Below, piece after piece: positions 18,635 to 28,870 of a DNA stretch of 64,000 nucleotides; positions within the stretch are counted from its first letter, which is position 1, and each line of letters begins with the position of its first letter. The position numbers were made by a program, and so were the translations under genes. The stretch is from an uncultured Bdellovibrionales bacterium (GTDB lineage Bacteria > Bdellovibrionota_C > UBA2361 > SZUA-149 > DAOLCO01): positions 214,786-278,785 of the forward strand of contig CAYGUX010000002.1 in assembly GCA_964353175.1 (NCBI GenBank). The letters are read 5' to 3'. The notes beneath the pieces were generated by a model, which made no database searches, had not been told where the DNA came from, and saw nothing but the letters and a program-made list of their open reading frames with translations.

Positions 18635-19221
18635 CTGAATCTTTAAAGAAAGTAGTTTGTTCCCTAATACTAGTTTGTGGCTTCATATTTTTTAGTACTA
18701 GTGTTCAGGCGGAGCAGGGCCCATCTGAAGTTGTAAGAGAGGCCATTTCGAAGGTTCAAGAGGCTGGAAACCCTTCTCCTATGGTTGATTATGTCGATTG
18801 GAGCGGCATCTATGCGAAGATGCCTCAGAAGTCCAAGGAGCTTATTAAGGTAGAGTCCGAGTCTGAGCTCAAAGATTATTACAGGGAAATTTTAAAGAGT
18901 CCTTCTGATGCTATGGTGAAGTTGATGAGTGGAAAAATCTCTGAAAAGATTGGTAGAGACAAAGCGGAATTGGGCGAACAGATTTTAGCTAAGGTTAAGG
19001 AGAGGATGAAGATTAAGGAAGACGAGATTAAGGATAAGATTAAGAATTCTAAATACACTATTGGTGATGCTATGATTGATGATGATGTGGCGAGAGTTCC
19101 TGTTACTTATGTTTATAATTCTGAGAGTAAGAGCGAACAACTTAAGCTGATTAAGAAAGACGGGACTTGGTTAATGAGTAATTTGGGGGATAGCTTTGGT
19201 GCTTCGTCGGTAGGGAAATGA
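18631..19221 (+). CDS. Secreted/lipoprotein-like protein with NTF2-like (DUF4878-type) C-terminus
   Basis: Start ATG overlaps trhO stop (ATGA); signal peptide MTESLKKVVCSLILVCGFIFFSTSVQA; ORF-track start 18574 lies inside trhO and is unlikely. Confidence 0.5.
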   Translation: MTESLKKVVCSLILVCGFIFFSTSVQAEQGPSEVVREAISKVQEAGNPSPMVDYVDWSGIYAKMPQKSKELIKVESESELKDYYREILKSPSDAMVKLMSGKISEKIGRDKAELGEQILAKVKERMKIKEDEIKDKIKNSKYTIGDAMIDDDVARVPVTYVYNSESKSEQLKLIKKDGTWLMSNLGDSFGASSVGK

Positions 19222-19273
19222 GAGTAGCATTCAGAAGGTAGGTCTATGTCAGACTGTCTTGCTGCGCATAAGA

Positions 19274-19693
19274 CTATTCGCCAAGTACTTGAACAATTAT
19301 ATTTCTATTGTGAGCCATGGTTCTATGTTCCCATACGTAGATACCTTGCCAAGTGCCTAGGCTCATTTCTCCGTTTACTATTGGTATGCTGATGCTTGTT
19401 TGTGTTAGTGCAGATTTGATATGACTTGGCATATCATCAGGGCCTTCATGGGTATGTGTAAAGCCTGGATCATTAGTTGGGACTAATTTCTTAAGCCAAT
19501 ATTCTAAGTCTCTTCTTGCGCTTGGATCAGCGTTTTCTTGGATGATTAGACTTGCGCTTGTGTGTTGTATGAATACTGTTAGAAGGCCGTGGTCTATTTC
19601 ATTTTTAGCAAGAATGGCATTTACTTCTTTTGTAATTTCATAAAGTCCTTCGCCTGCTGTTCTTACTTGAAGGGCTTTAGTACTTATTAGCAT
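19274..19693 (-). CDS. yjbQ: YjbQ/UPF0047 family protein (secondary thiamine-phosphate synthase-like)
   Basis: MLISTKALQVRTAGEGLYEITKEV...HTHEGPDDMPSHIKSAL..GTWQGIYVWEHR; ATG at 19693 lies 1 nt after HelD stop (TAG-A-ATG) with AAGGAAAAG upstream; ORF-track start 19774 overlaps HelD. Confidence 0.75.
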   Translation of the reverse strand: MLISTKALQVRTAGEGLYEITKEVNAILAKNEIDHGLLTVFIQHTSASLIIQENADPSARRDLEYWLKKLVPTNDPGFTHTHEGPDDMPSHIKSALTQTSISIPIVNGEMSLGTWQGIYVWEHRTMAHNRNIIVQVLGE

Positions 19694-19694
19694 T

Positions 19695-21677
19695 CTAACT
19701 TTTCCTTTGGTCGTAAATTCTAACCATTTTGGAGCTATAGTCAGGTAGGAGGGGAGACGGCTCGCCACATACAAATACCGATAGATGTTCTTCTGCTCTT
19801 GTTGCTCCTAGGTAAAGAAGATTCCTAGCGCGTTTAGCTAGTGGGAAGGTTTCTCTTGTTACTTTCCATAGTCCTACGTGTGGGAATTCTAATCCTTTAC
19901 ACTGATCTATACTTGCAACAAGGATTAGACCTTGGAGGTTCCTAGGGGCTTCCGTTAGTAGGTGTACTCCTAGATCGAAGTTAGTTTTAAGGCCAGAATA
20001 GACTTGTTTTGCTTCTTCTTTATTGTGAGTGAGTACAAGGACCGCATCGGTAGGATAGTTTCTACCAACTCGTTTTAACCATTCTTTTAGTTCTCGAAAA
20101 CCATCAGTGGGATTATCGCTTAGGATCAATAGGGGAGCCTTACCATTCCTTCCTCTTTCCGTTCTGTTTTCTCCAGAGATATGGTCAGCGAATTTCATGA
20201 TTTGCACAGTTGAGCGATGGGCAATGGTCATGGATATTACGCTTGATTGCGAGAATCTGTTTTCATCCCCATCTGATAAGAAGAGGAAGTCTAGCACAGG
20301 ATCAGCTTCATCATCTGAAGTTTTCTGCGATGGATCTCCAGTAACTGTAAGTCCACCTTTTGTTTTAACAAAAAAGCCTAGTAAACATAGTTCTAAGGCT
20401 GAAAAATCTTGGTATTCATCTATATACAAGAGTTCAGGTCTTGATTGGATCTTGCCATGTTTTTTAATGTCGAAAAGTAACTCTAGTAGTAGATCTTCTG
20501 ATTCGAATTCACCTTTGGTGTATCGAGTGGACATTAGTTGAAATGCTTCTTTGTAAAGATTTTTTTGAAAGTCTTGGCCTTCCTCACTTATTATGTTGGT
20601 CAATACTTTCAGTGCTAGGGATGCGAATGTTTCATTCGGAGAGTTTAGGGGAGCATCAAGAAACATCTCTATAAATGGCTTAGAGTGTTTGATGAAAGAG
20701 AGCCGAGGGTGGCTTGATCTAGAAAGTATGTTTGTATCTAATTTTAGATTTCTAGCCTTATAAACTTCAATAACTAGCTCTTCTATCGTTCTAGCTTTGA
20801 TGTTCTCAGAGCTTAGGTCTTTGAGTGAGTTCTCGACGTAGGTTTTTAGAAGGTTTGTGGGAGTTACTACTACTGCGGAGTGGCCTGTATTATTCTCTAA
20901 CTGCCAGCTTAGTCTATGGAGGGCTACTATTGTTTTACCTGAGCCTGCGATCCCTACTAATATGACAGGTGAGTCTGATTCATCTGTTATAAGCCTGAAT
21001 TGATCCTTGGTAATTAGAGATAGAATGGTAGGTAGTTCAAAGCTATGTCCATCTGAGCGCTTAACTCTAGAGGCACTTTCCCATTTTCCCTCTTTGTTTA
21101 GTCTATATATAGAGTCTGAATACTGTAACTCTTCGAGTTCAGAGTCTTTTATTTTTACTGAATGTCTTCTTTTTAATGTTCCTACTCTTTCAACGTCTCT
21201 TATGTCCTCTAAATATTCTTCACCTTCCTTATATTCATAATAGAGTTTTGCAAGTGGGGCATTCTTCCAGTCGATAATGTTGGCATCTGGGCAGGCGACT
21301 TTTCCGATTTTGTATTCAATTTCTCTTGGTTTGGCAAAGGATCGGTCTTCTAAAACTATTCTTGCAAAATAGGGCCGTGTTTTGATTTTTTTCATGTCAT
21401 CAAGTGATGACTTATTCTTACTACTTAACGCATGTGAAACGGCTTCATCATTAGCTAACATTTGTTTTTCACTGTCTCTTCTGGAAGCTACTATTTGGCT
21501 TGTTAAGTCTCTTGCCATTTCCGAGTTTCTTCTTAGGCTCTGTCGAGTGGTAGTTTCTGAGTTCGCGAGTTTGTTCAGGGTTAGATTTAAAGAATCCTTT
21601 TCTTCCTCAATACGATTCTGAGCTTCTTCAGGGATTTCTTTTACTTCTTCTATGGGTGTTTGGGTTTCTGCGTTCAA
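19695..21677 (-). CDS. helD: HelD-like (helicase IV) UvrD-family DNA helicase
   Basis: N-terminal coiled-coil, IDWKNAPLAKLYY motif, Walker A GIAGSGKT, UvrD-like C-terminal motifs; 660 aa; TTG start. Confidence 0.8.
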   Translation of the reverse strand: MNAETQTPIEEVKEIPEEAQNRIEEEKDSLNLTLNKLANSETTTRQSLRRNSEMARDLTSQIVASRRDSEKQMLANDEAVSHALSSKNKSSLDDMKKIKTRPYFARIVLEDRSFAKPREIEYKIGKVACPDANIIDWKNAPLAKLYYEYKEGEEYLEDIRDVERVGTLKRRHSVKIKDSELEELQYSDSIYRLNKEGKWESASRVKRSDGHSFELPTILSLITKDQFRLITDESDSPVILVGIAGSGKTIVALHRLSWQLENNTGHSAVVVTPTNLLKTYVENSLKDLSSENIKARTIEELVIEVYKARNLKLDTNILSRSSHPRLSFIKHSKPFIEMFLDAPLNSPNETFASLALKVLTNIISEEGQDFQKNLYKEAFQLMSTRYTKGEFESEDLLLELLFDIKKHGKIQSRPELLYIDEYQDFSALELCLLGFFVKTKGGLTVTGDPSQKTSDDEADPVLDFLFLSDGDENRFSQSSVISMTIAHRSTVQIMKFADHISGENRTERGRNGKAPLLILSDNPTDGFRELKEWLKRVGRNYPTDAVLVLTHNKEEAKQVYSGLKTNFDLGVHLLTEAPRNLQGLILVASIDQCKGLEFPHVGLWKVTRETFPLAKRARNLLYLGATRAEEHLSVFVCGEPSPLLPDYSSKMVRIYDQRKS

Positions 21678-21889
21678 GGTTAGGTTTAAATTAGTAGGTA
21701 ATAAAATCTAAATTTGTTGGAATTTAAGCCTCAATAAATAAGCAATAAAATCAAGGGCCTTTATGCCTAAATGACCTTATAAAATCAAATAAGTGATTAA
21801 ACCTATAGGTTTTTAAAGATTGAATCAAATGATGTTTGATTACATCTAAAATTCAGGGCTAAAATTGCCTTAATTATTATGAGGTTAGA

Positions 21890-24751
21890 GTGCGTTCACA
21901 GATTCGATTATCATTTAACAGTCAAGAGGATGGAGCTAATCTTAGCTTTCCTATTCCTGATGGTAGTCGTCAGTTCAATTGCGAAGAGCTAAAGGCTACA
22001 TTAAGTAAAAGTGGATCGGAGATAATCCTTTCTGGTAACATCGACGGTAGGGTCAAGTATGAAGGGGTGATCCAAGCAAACTCTATTAGCAAACTAAATG
22101 TACTCCGTTACTTATCGAGTACATTAGCTAAAAAAAATCATCAAGGTCCCACTAGAGAATTCTCCCAGATGATGGAGTTTATTACTAATGAAATTTCTGT
22201 AATCGTTTTAAATAACGAAAAGTCTGGTATCGATATTGTTGAAACTTCCGAAATTTATGCTCCGGACTTAAGTTGGAAAAGAATTAGAAAATCATCTAAG
22301 AGGAATTTGCTTAAAAAGCGTAGTAGTGAGAATCAAAAAATGGTTCTATTCTCCTCTCTTACCAAGCAAGAGTTAGGGAAGTTGCCTTACGGTGCGTTGT
22401 CAGGTTTTATTAATCTTGAAATAAATTCCGAGGAAGAGCCTTACGATAAGGGTTTATGGGAGAGGGAGGGGATTGAATTTCACGATTTACAGATTAATCC
22501 TGAGCGTGGGGTTTTAGCTAGAGTCGAAGTTAGATTAAGCGTTTCACTTATGCCCGAGAGCATGTTCTTCTTTCATGTTATGAATTCAGAGACTTCTGAG
22601 TGGTTCGACGTGGAAGGGCAGATCGTGAGTTCGTTAAAAGAATCTGACATAGTCACTATAGATTTACCTCTGTCTAAGGAATTTAATCCTGGGAAATTAC
22701 AATTTACTTTTTTCGTGCAGGGGCGCTACGAGTCTCGAAAAATATGGATGTCGCAACCTGGAGAGTCATATAGTGCTAACGTTAGCTATTTATCCTCAAG
22801 AGTTAAAACTAAAGATAGAAAAGAAGTCTCACATGATTTTCAATCTTTACATTCTTTTGATTCAATCTCAAGGTGGTGTAAGAAGCTTCTGAGTAAAGGA
22901 CCACTTGATAGCTCAGATGTTTTTAGTGATAAGGAGTTTAGCGATAGATTTATGTTGGCCTATCAGGAGGCTTTACGGAAACTAGGTAATAGGCCATCTA
23001 AAATTGCAAGCAATGTAATTAAGGCTGTTAGGACTTTAGGCATCAATCATTTGTATATGGTTAGTCCTGAAGGGCCGAATGCTATGGCAGGAGGTTTGGC
23101 TCAGGTTGTAAAAGGCTTGTCGATGAGGTTTAGCTCAGAGGGTGTTCCTGTTACTGTCATTTCTCCACTTTATGAGAAGGGAGTTGGGGCGAGTAATCAA
23201 GGTGCAGAAGAGGTGGTAGCAAATGGATTTAGTTATTTAGGGCAGAACTTAAGTTTGAAAAATGTTGGCGATGTTTTGATACCTTATGGTGAGTTAAGTG
23301 GTGAAGAGCTACGTGACAAAGAGCTTAGTGGCAGTGAATCTAGTGGCAGTGAACCTAGAAGGTTTTATCGGGCCAAGATATATACAGCATCTAGTGGAAA
23401 GACGAATTTCGTATTCTTAAGACATAAAAAATTTACAGATCGTTTGTACGGCGGAATTTCTGGTCGAGATTTAATAGAGCGAGGGATCTTTTTAAGTAAG
23501 GGAGCCTTAGAAACTATTAAAGCATCTTCGACTTTAACCAAAAAGGGAATTTTGCTGTCGAATGATTGGTTAAGTGCTTTACTCTCACCATTCCTTGAAT
23601 ATGATTCTAAATATGAGGATTTAGCCGATATTAGGGTAATGCATGTATTGCACAATGCTGGTCGAGGTTATCAATCTCGAATTACTAGGCATGAAGATGG
23701 AAATGATTTAGTCCAATTACTTGATCTTCCTGGGGAGAGTGTTGCAAAGGTTTTGGAAGATGGTAACGAGGGCATTATCAATCTAACTCAAGCTTGTTTA
23801 AGGGCTTCTAAATATGGAACTCTCACTGTCAGCAAGCCTTATGCAGAACAACTTCTAACCGAAGAACATGGCGAAGGTTTAAATAAGATCCTCTCTAATA
23901 AAGAGGTATATGGCATTAGTAATGGTATCTCCGAGGCATTAGTGCGGGAGAGTGCATTTGGCGATTCTGTTGGTTCGGAGTCTAATCTTACTATGAGTGA
24001 TGTCTCTGACTTAAAGCAGAGTTTACTTTTAGAGGCTCAAGAGTCTTTAGGTTTGAATCGCAATGCAGATGCAATTCTAGCGGTAATGATAGGACGTTTG
24101 ACAGAGCAAAAAGGAATAGGAATTATTAGTCCTTTGAACTCAGAGAGTAGTGTTTTTGAAGCTATCTTAAAACGTTATCCTAAAGTTCAAATTGCAGTCG
24201 TAGGGCCTGGTTCTGAAAAAGAAGAAGAGTTTATAAAGTTTAGAGATCATTTAGCCGTATTAAAGGATCGCTTCCCTGGTCGGGTGGCTTGTAAGTTTGA
24301 GTTTGTAGATCCAAGTCAAGCTATTAGATATACTGCGGGGGCAAGTATTTTTCTAATGCCATCTAGGTATGAGCCAGGTGGTTTAACGCAGCTAGAAGCT
24401 TTATGTGTTGGAACCAGTGTGGTGGCGCATAGAGTTGGTGGTTTGTCAGCAACTCTTAGTCAGTTTTCCGAATTTTCAGGAAGTAGTTTCTTATTTGAAG
24501 ATTTTTCAAGGAAAGCTTTTCTTAGAGCATTTAATGAAGCAGTTAGATGTTTTATGGATAAGGAGACGCGAGAGTTGATTGTGGATAGAGCTTTAAGGTC
24601 TAGAAATGATTGGGCTCATCGGATTCCTTACTATCTAACCTTGTTCCAAGAGGTACTTGGAGTCTTTCAAAGCATTCCTGAGCTTGAAGATACGGAATTC
24701 TATAAGAATAGAAAGCTGTTGATAAAGCGAATAACTGCCTGTAAATACTAG
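21890..24751 (+). CDS. 953-aa fusion: unknown ~370-aa N-terminal region + glycogen/starch synthase (GT5/GT4) catalytic domain
   Basis: HLYMVSPEGPNAMAGGLAQVV (GlgA-like N-terminal motif but Lys of KTGGL replaced by Ala) and SRYEPGGLTQLEALCVGTSVVAHRVGGL (GlgA C-terminal motif). GTG start; N-terminus uncertain. Confidence 0.7.
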   Translation: MRSQIRLSFNSQEDGANLSFPIPDGSRQFNCEELKATLSKSGSEIILSGNIDGRVKYEGVIQANSISKLNVLRYLSSTLAKKNHQGPTREFSQMMEFITNEISVIVLNNEKSGIDIVETSEIYAPDLSWKRIRKSSKRNLLKKRSSENQKMVLFSSLTKQELGKLPYGALSGFINLEINSEEEPYDKGLWEREGIEFHDLQINPERGVLARVEVRLSVSLMPESMFFFHVMNSETSEWFDVEGQIVSSLKESDIVTIDLPLSKEFNPGKLQFTFFVQGRYESRKIWMSQPGESYSANVSYLSSRVKTKDRKEVSHDFQSLHSFDSISRWCKKLLSKGPLDSSDVFSDKEFSDRFMLAYQEALRKLGNRPSKIASNVIKAVRTLGINHLYMVSPEGPNAMAGGLAQVVKGLSMRFSSEGVPVTVISPLYEKGVGASNQGAEEVVANGFSYLGQNLSLKNVGDVLIPYGELSGEELRDKELSGSESSGSEPRRFYRAKIYTASSGKTNFVFLRHKKFTDRLYGGISGRDLIERGIFLSKGALETIKASSTLTKKGILLSNDWLSALLSPFLEYDSKYEDLADIRVMHVLHNAGRGYQSRITRHEDGNDLVQLLDLPGESVAKVLEDGNEGIINLTQACLRASKYGTLTVSKPYAEQLLTEEHGEGLNKILSNKEVYGISNGISEALVRESAFGDSVGSESNLTMSDVSDLKQSLLLEAQESLGLNRNADAILAVMIGRLTEQKGIGIISPLNSESSVFEAILKRYPKVQIAVVGPGSEKEEEFIKFRDHLAVLKDRFPGRVACKFEFVDPSQAIRYTAGASIFLMPSRYEPGGLTQLEALCVGTSVVAHRVGGLSATLSQFSEFSGSSFLFEDFSRKAFLRAFNEAVRCFMDKETRELIVDRALRSRNDWAHRIPYYLTLFQEVLGVFQSIPELEDTEFYKNRKLLIKRITACKY

Positions 24752-24839
24752 GTTGCGCTTGCTCTAAGAAATATTCCTAATATTTTAATTCAAGAATGCC
24801 GTTTCTAGTGTGAGTAATGTAAGACTTTAGGACGGTTAG

Positions 24840-25631
24840 ATGTATTTTGCATCAAATATAAGCCCAGAGATAGAGCAAAAATTAGAGACTTTAAAGTCTC
24901 TTTCTATAGCTTTACGCTCAGTGGTGGAACCAACCAGTCCAAATGAAGTTGTCGTATCAACTCAAAGTTCTTTATATAAAAAAGTAAGAAGAGTTCCATC
25001 TACCTACTACATGCTAAAGGAAGGTTCTCTAAAGTGCATTAGGGAAGGTAAGTTACTTTATTTTGTAGAGGAAGGGGACATCATTGGTTTTGAAGGTTCT
25101 CAGTGTGATATTTTTACAGACTTCGTAGCAGAGTTCGCAGTCGCTTTATGCGAGGTGAATTTAAGTGCGATACTTTCAGTTTCTGATAATCTTGTTCTTT
25201 GGGGTGAGTACCAAGCAAATTTTTCAAGTATGTTTACTATCCAACATGCAGAAGGTGGAAAGACGGAAGCTGTATTTTCTCCTGAGGTAAGAAGTTTTAT
25301 GCCAGGAGATTATATTTTGGAGCAGGGTTCAGAGGGTGATGAAGTCTTCTCATTGATTGATGGAATGGCAGAGACAATTATTAGTGGTGAAGTTGTGGGG
25401 ACAGTTGGTCAAGATCAAATGTTCGGTGCTGTTTCAGTGCTGACCAATACGGAGAGACGAGCATCTGTTAGGGCTACTACTGAGTGTTTAGCGGTGGTGT
25501 TTTCTAAAGAGCAGTTTTTGCTTTTAGCTAATACCAAACCAGATACACTGATAAAACTTGCACAGGATTTATCAAGAGCTATAATTAGTTTAAATGACCA
25601 AGTCATTGGATCGCTTAGGATTCCTGGCTAA
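24840..25631 (+). CDS. Stand-alone cyclic-nucleotide-binding (CAP-effector domain) protein, no DNA-binding domain
   Basis: C-terminal cNMP-binding beta-barrel GDYILEQGSEGDEVFSLIDGMAE...RRASVRATTECLAVVF; degenerate second copy N-terminally. Confidence 0.65.
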   Translation: MYFASNISPEIEQKLETLKSLSIALRSVVEPTSPNEVVVSTQSSLYKKVRRVPSTYYMLKEGSLKCIREGKLLYFVEEGDIIGFEGSQCDIFTDFVAEFAVALCEVNLSAILSVSDNLVLWGEYQANFSSMFTIQHAEGGKTEAVFSPEVRSFMPGDYILEQGSEGDEVFSLIDGMAETIISGEVVGTVGQDQMFGAVSVLTNTERRASVRATTECLAVVFSKEQFLLLANTKPDTLIKLAQDLSRAIISLNDQVIGSLRIPG

Positions 25632-25747
25632 CTTTTGATTTCTTTCTCTTTAAAATTCCAATTATTGTTCTAATATTGACGAGGGTTTCTAATCCCGATA
25701 GAGAAGTCTTATAGTTATAAGTTAATAAGACCTAATCCTATTAGAAA

Positions 25748-26554
25748 ATGAAGCAATACCTTGATCTAGTTCGCGATGTTTTAGAAAATGGCCAAACTGA
25801 AGATGGTAATCCTCGACCAGATCGAACTGGTGTAGGGACATTGTCTGTATTTGGTCGTCAGATGAGATTTAATCTTGAGGAAGGGTTTCCTCTTCTTACT
25901 ACTAAAAAGTTACATCTAAGATCAATTATACATGAATTGCTTTGGTTCTTAAAAGGAGAGACTTCTACGGAATATCTTCATGAGCATAAGGTTACTATTT
26001 GGGATGAGTGGGCGGATAGTTCTGGAGAGCTTGGGCCGATTTACGGTAAGCAGTGGAGAAACTGGGAAGGTCCAGATGGAAAGGTCGATCAAATCAGCCG
26101 GATGGTAGAGATTTTAAGAAAGGACCCGCATAGTCGTAGGAACTTGGTAGTTGCATTTAATCCAGCAAACCTTCCTAAGGTCGCTCCACCTGCATGTCAC
26201 ACTTTGTTTCAGCTTTATGTAAAAGGGGATAAGTTAAGTCTTCAACTTTATCAAAGGTCAGCTGACTTGATGTTGGGAGTGCCTTTTAACATCGCAAGTT
26301 ATTCATTGTTGTTGATGATGTTAGCGCAGGTGACAGGCTTGAAGCCTTATGAATTTATTCATACCTTTGGAGATTTGCATATTTATTCGAATCATATAGA
26401 AGGTGCCAAAGAACAGCTGACTAGGGAACCAAGAGGCTTGCCTACAATGAACATAAATTCAGAGAGGAAGGAAATATTCGATTTTGTATTTGAAGATTTT
26501 TCTTTAACTGGATACGATCCTTGTGCTCATATCAAGTTTGCAATCGCTGTTTAA
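25748..26554 (+). CDS. thyA: Thymidylate synthase
   Basis: Full-length match to ThyA pattern ([16 protein letters not shown]..., PPCH, active-site region). Confidence 0.95.
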   Translation: MKQYLDLVRDVLENGQTEDGNPRPDRTGVGTLSVFGRQMRFNLEEGFPLLTTKKLHLRSIIHELLWFLKGETSTEYLHEHKVTIWDEWADSSGELGPIYGKQWRNWEGPDGKVDQISRMVEILRKDPHSRRNLVVAFNPANLPKVAPPACHTLFQLYVKGDKLSLQLYQRSADLMLGVPFNIASYSLLLMMLAQVTGLKPYEFIHTFGDLHIYSNHIEGAKEQLTREPRGLPTMNINSERKEIFDFVFEDFSLTGYDPCAHIKFAIAV

Positions 26555-26559
26555 TTTAG

Positions 26560-27054
26560 ATGGGCTTAATTTATAAAGCAATAGTAGCTATGACCGATGA
26601 TAGAGTCATAGGTCATGATGGTACTTTACCGTGGCATTTACCAGAGGATCTTAAGAGGTTTTCTAACTTAACTAAAGGCCATGCCGTGTTGATGGGAAGA
26701 AAGACCTACGATTCAATTCCCGACAAGTTCAGACCGCTTCCAGGTAGAAAGAATATTGTGATTTCCAGAAGTAAAAGAGATTATCCAGAGGGCGTTTTAT
26801 GTATGAACTTAGACGACATATTTGGTGGCGCATTAGATAGGATGGAATCTGAGTTTACTTCTAATATAGTCTGGATAATCGGTGGAGCGGAGATCTATAG
26901 AGAAACCCTAGCAATGGTATCTGAGATTGAGTTGACCAGAGTTATTGGGGATTTTACTGGGGATACTCATTTTCCCAAGTTCGAGGGTGATTTTAAACTT
27001 TTAAGGCAGGAGCCTAGCACCGAATGTGTTTACGAGACTTATGTTAGAAAATAG
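26560..27054 (+). CDS. folA: Dihydrofolate reductase
   Basis: IVAMTDDRVIGHDGTLPWHLPEDLKRF..., 164 aa, directly after thyA. Confidence 0.9.
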   Translation: MGLIYKAIVAMTDDRVIGHDGTLPWHLPEDLKRFSNLTKGHAVLMGRKTYDSIPDKFRPLPGRKNIVISRSKRDYPEGVLCMNLDDIFGGALDRMESEFTSNIVWIIGGAEIYRETLAMVSEIELTRVIGDFTGDTHFPKFEGDFKLLRQEPSTECVYETYVRK

Positions 27055-27081
27055 GGTTTTATTCTTTGATTTCAGGTTGTT

Positions 27082-27107
27082 ATAGTAGTAGCTAGGCTAC
27101 TATTTTA
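27082..27107 (+). terminator. Hairpin ATAGTAG-tagctagg-CTACTAT followed by TTTT after folA; likely weak intrinsic terminator
   Basis: 7-bp exact arms, T-run; shares core with the inverted repeat at 14189-14214. Confidence 0.35.
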
Positions 27108-27201
27108 GGGCTTGTGGGAATCTTTGGTTTTGGGGATTTCGACAAATCTAAAAAAATTCGTTATACCCTAGGGTTAGTGAAGAATAATTTTTAAGATTCC
27201 T

Positions 27202-28215
27202 TTGGAAAATACACAGCAATATACTGAAGATGAGCCTCTTAATGATTTAGCCTCTTTGAAGGTAGAATCTGGGCCCCTTATTCTTGATGAACCTTTCTCG
27301 ATACATTTATCCTTTTTTTCAGGACCAATGGATCTTCTTTTGCACCTAGTTAGTCAGAAAGAAGTTCCTGTACAAGAGGTTAGCATGAGCGAGGTCTTGG
27401 ATCAGTACTTGGAGATTGTCACAATTCAAGCAAACGATTTAGATCTTGAAAAAGCCTCTGAGTATTTAGTGGTGGTGGCTACTTTAATGTTGTTAAAGAG
27501 CAAGTCTCTACTTCGTGAAGAAAGTGCGGGAACTGATTTAGAATCTGTTGATGATGAATACAGCCGATTCTTTGAAGATCTAAGAGCACGGTTGATTGCT
27601 TTTGAAACTACCAAGCTAAGAGCACAGGCCTTGATTGCACATCCACAACTAGATGTTGATACTTTTGTGAGAAGAGATAAGGATGCAGTAAGGCCTGACC
27701 CCGAAGAGATGGGGATAGGGGAGACAACAACTCGCCTAGGCGGTCTATTTTTATCTTTGGTTAAAAGGGTCGGTGGTTTAGGAAAACGAATTGTGATTAC
27801 TATCGAATCCGTATCGATTGTAACTTATATGGTCTCAATGGTGGACTTTTTTAAGAATGCTAAAGAAAAAGGCGCACAGTCTTTTTTAACGTTAGTCAGT
27901 CATAGTCAAAATGAAGATTCCCTTAGGAATTCAGTACTTGGTTCTTTCGTTGCTATTCTTGAATTGGCGAAGAGAGGTGTTATAAAGGTTACTCAGCCAA
28001 CTGATGGCGACCAGCATAATTTTTTAGTTGATTATGTCTTAACTGACGTGAATGCTTCAGAAGAACTTCATTCTGAGTTTGATGAGATCGAAGAAAGCAA
28101 AGAAGCAGATAAGGTGATTTCTTTGGAAGAAAGAAAGAAATTGAATCAAGATACAAAGGCGGATGATTCCGTTAATATAGAATCAGATATAAAGGAAGCA
28201 GCTTCAAATGGATAG
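27202..28215 (+). CDS. scpA: Segregation and condensation protein A (ScpA) with acidic C-terminal extension
   Basis: LLLHLVSQKEVPVQEVSMSEVLDQYLEIV kleisin N-terminal motif; overlaps scpB start. Confidence 0.8.
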   Translation: MENTQQYTEDEPLNDLASLKVESGPLILDEPFSIHLSFFSGPMDLLLHLVSQKEVPVQEVSMSEVLDQYLEIVTIQANDLDLEKASEYLVVVATLMLLKSKSLLREESAGTDLESVDDEYSRFFEDLRARLIAFETTKLRAQALIAHPQLDVDTFVRRDKDAVRPDPEEMGIGETTTRLGGLFLSLVKRVGGLGKRIVITIESVSIVTYMVSMVDFFKNAKEKGAQSFLTLVSHSQNEDSLRNSVLGSFVAILELAKRGVIKVTQPTDGDQHNFLVDYVLTDVNASEELHSEFDEIEESKEADKVISLEERKKLNQDTKADDSVNIESDIKEAASNG

Positions 28216-28870
28216 CGAAATACAGGTTGAGGACAGTTTGGAGAATATGGCGGAGAATATTGAGATTAGTCTCCTCACTAGGCTTTCAGGGATTTTATTT
28301 GTGACAACTAAACCACTAAATGTGGAGAAGTTATCTTCTTACTTAAAGGATTCTGAAGAGGATATTCTTGAGGCTTTAGAAGAGTTAAAGGCTAATTTAG
28401 TTACTGCTAATGTTGGGTTTGAATTAATAAATGTTGGTGGGGCTTATCAGTATCGTTCATTGCCTTCCTTGAAATCGACGATTCAAACTATGATTACTCC
28501 TAAAATGAAACGCCTTAGTAAGGCTGCTGCGGAGACACTTGCTGTTGTTGCATATAAGCAACCAGTTACTAGAGCAGAAATTGAAGCAATCCGAGGAGTA
28601 GATGCGCTTCCAACTCTTAGAACTTTAATAGATGGGACTTTAATTCGGATTATCGGAAGAGAAGATACTCCAGGTTCTCCAGCCCTATATGGTACGACTG
28701 ATAGGTTCTTAGAGCGGTTCGGCTTATCTAATCTTAGTGAATTGCCAACCATTCGAGAAGTGACAGAGTTAATGGAGGAAGCTGGAGAGGGTAGCGAAGA
28801 AGAAAATTTAGAGGAAGAGATTGAAGATACAGAAGAAACATTCAACGAAGAAGATCATGCCAGCAACTGA
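28208..28870 (+). CDS. scpB: Segregation and condensation protein B (ScpB)
   Basis: Winged-helix tandem typical of ScpB, acidic tail; position after scpA. Confidence 0.85.
   Translation: MDSEIQVEDSLENMAENIEISLLTRLSGILFVTTKPLNVEKLSSYLKDSEEDILEALEELKANLVTANVGFELINVGGAYQYRSLPSLKSTIQTMITPKMKRLSKAAAETLAVVAYKQPVTRAEIEAIRGVDALPTLRTLIDGTLIRIIGREDTPGSPALYGTTDRFLERFGLSNLSELPTIREVTELMEEAGEGSEEENLEEEIEDTEETFNEEDHASN

Noticed and set aside
23281-23350. Tandem 15-bp repeats (agtggcagtgaatct / agtggcagtgaacct) that could look like a mini repeat array
   Set aside because: In frame inside the large GlgA-like gene, encoding SGSES/SGSEP; no spacer structure; not CRISPR.
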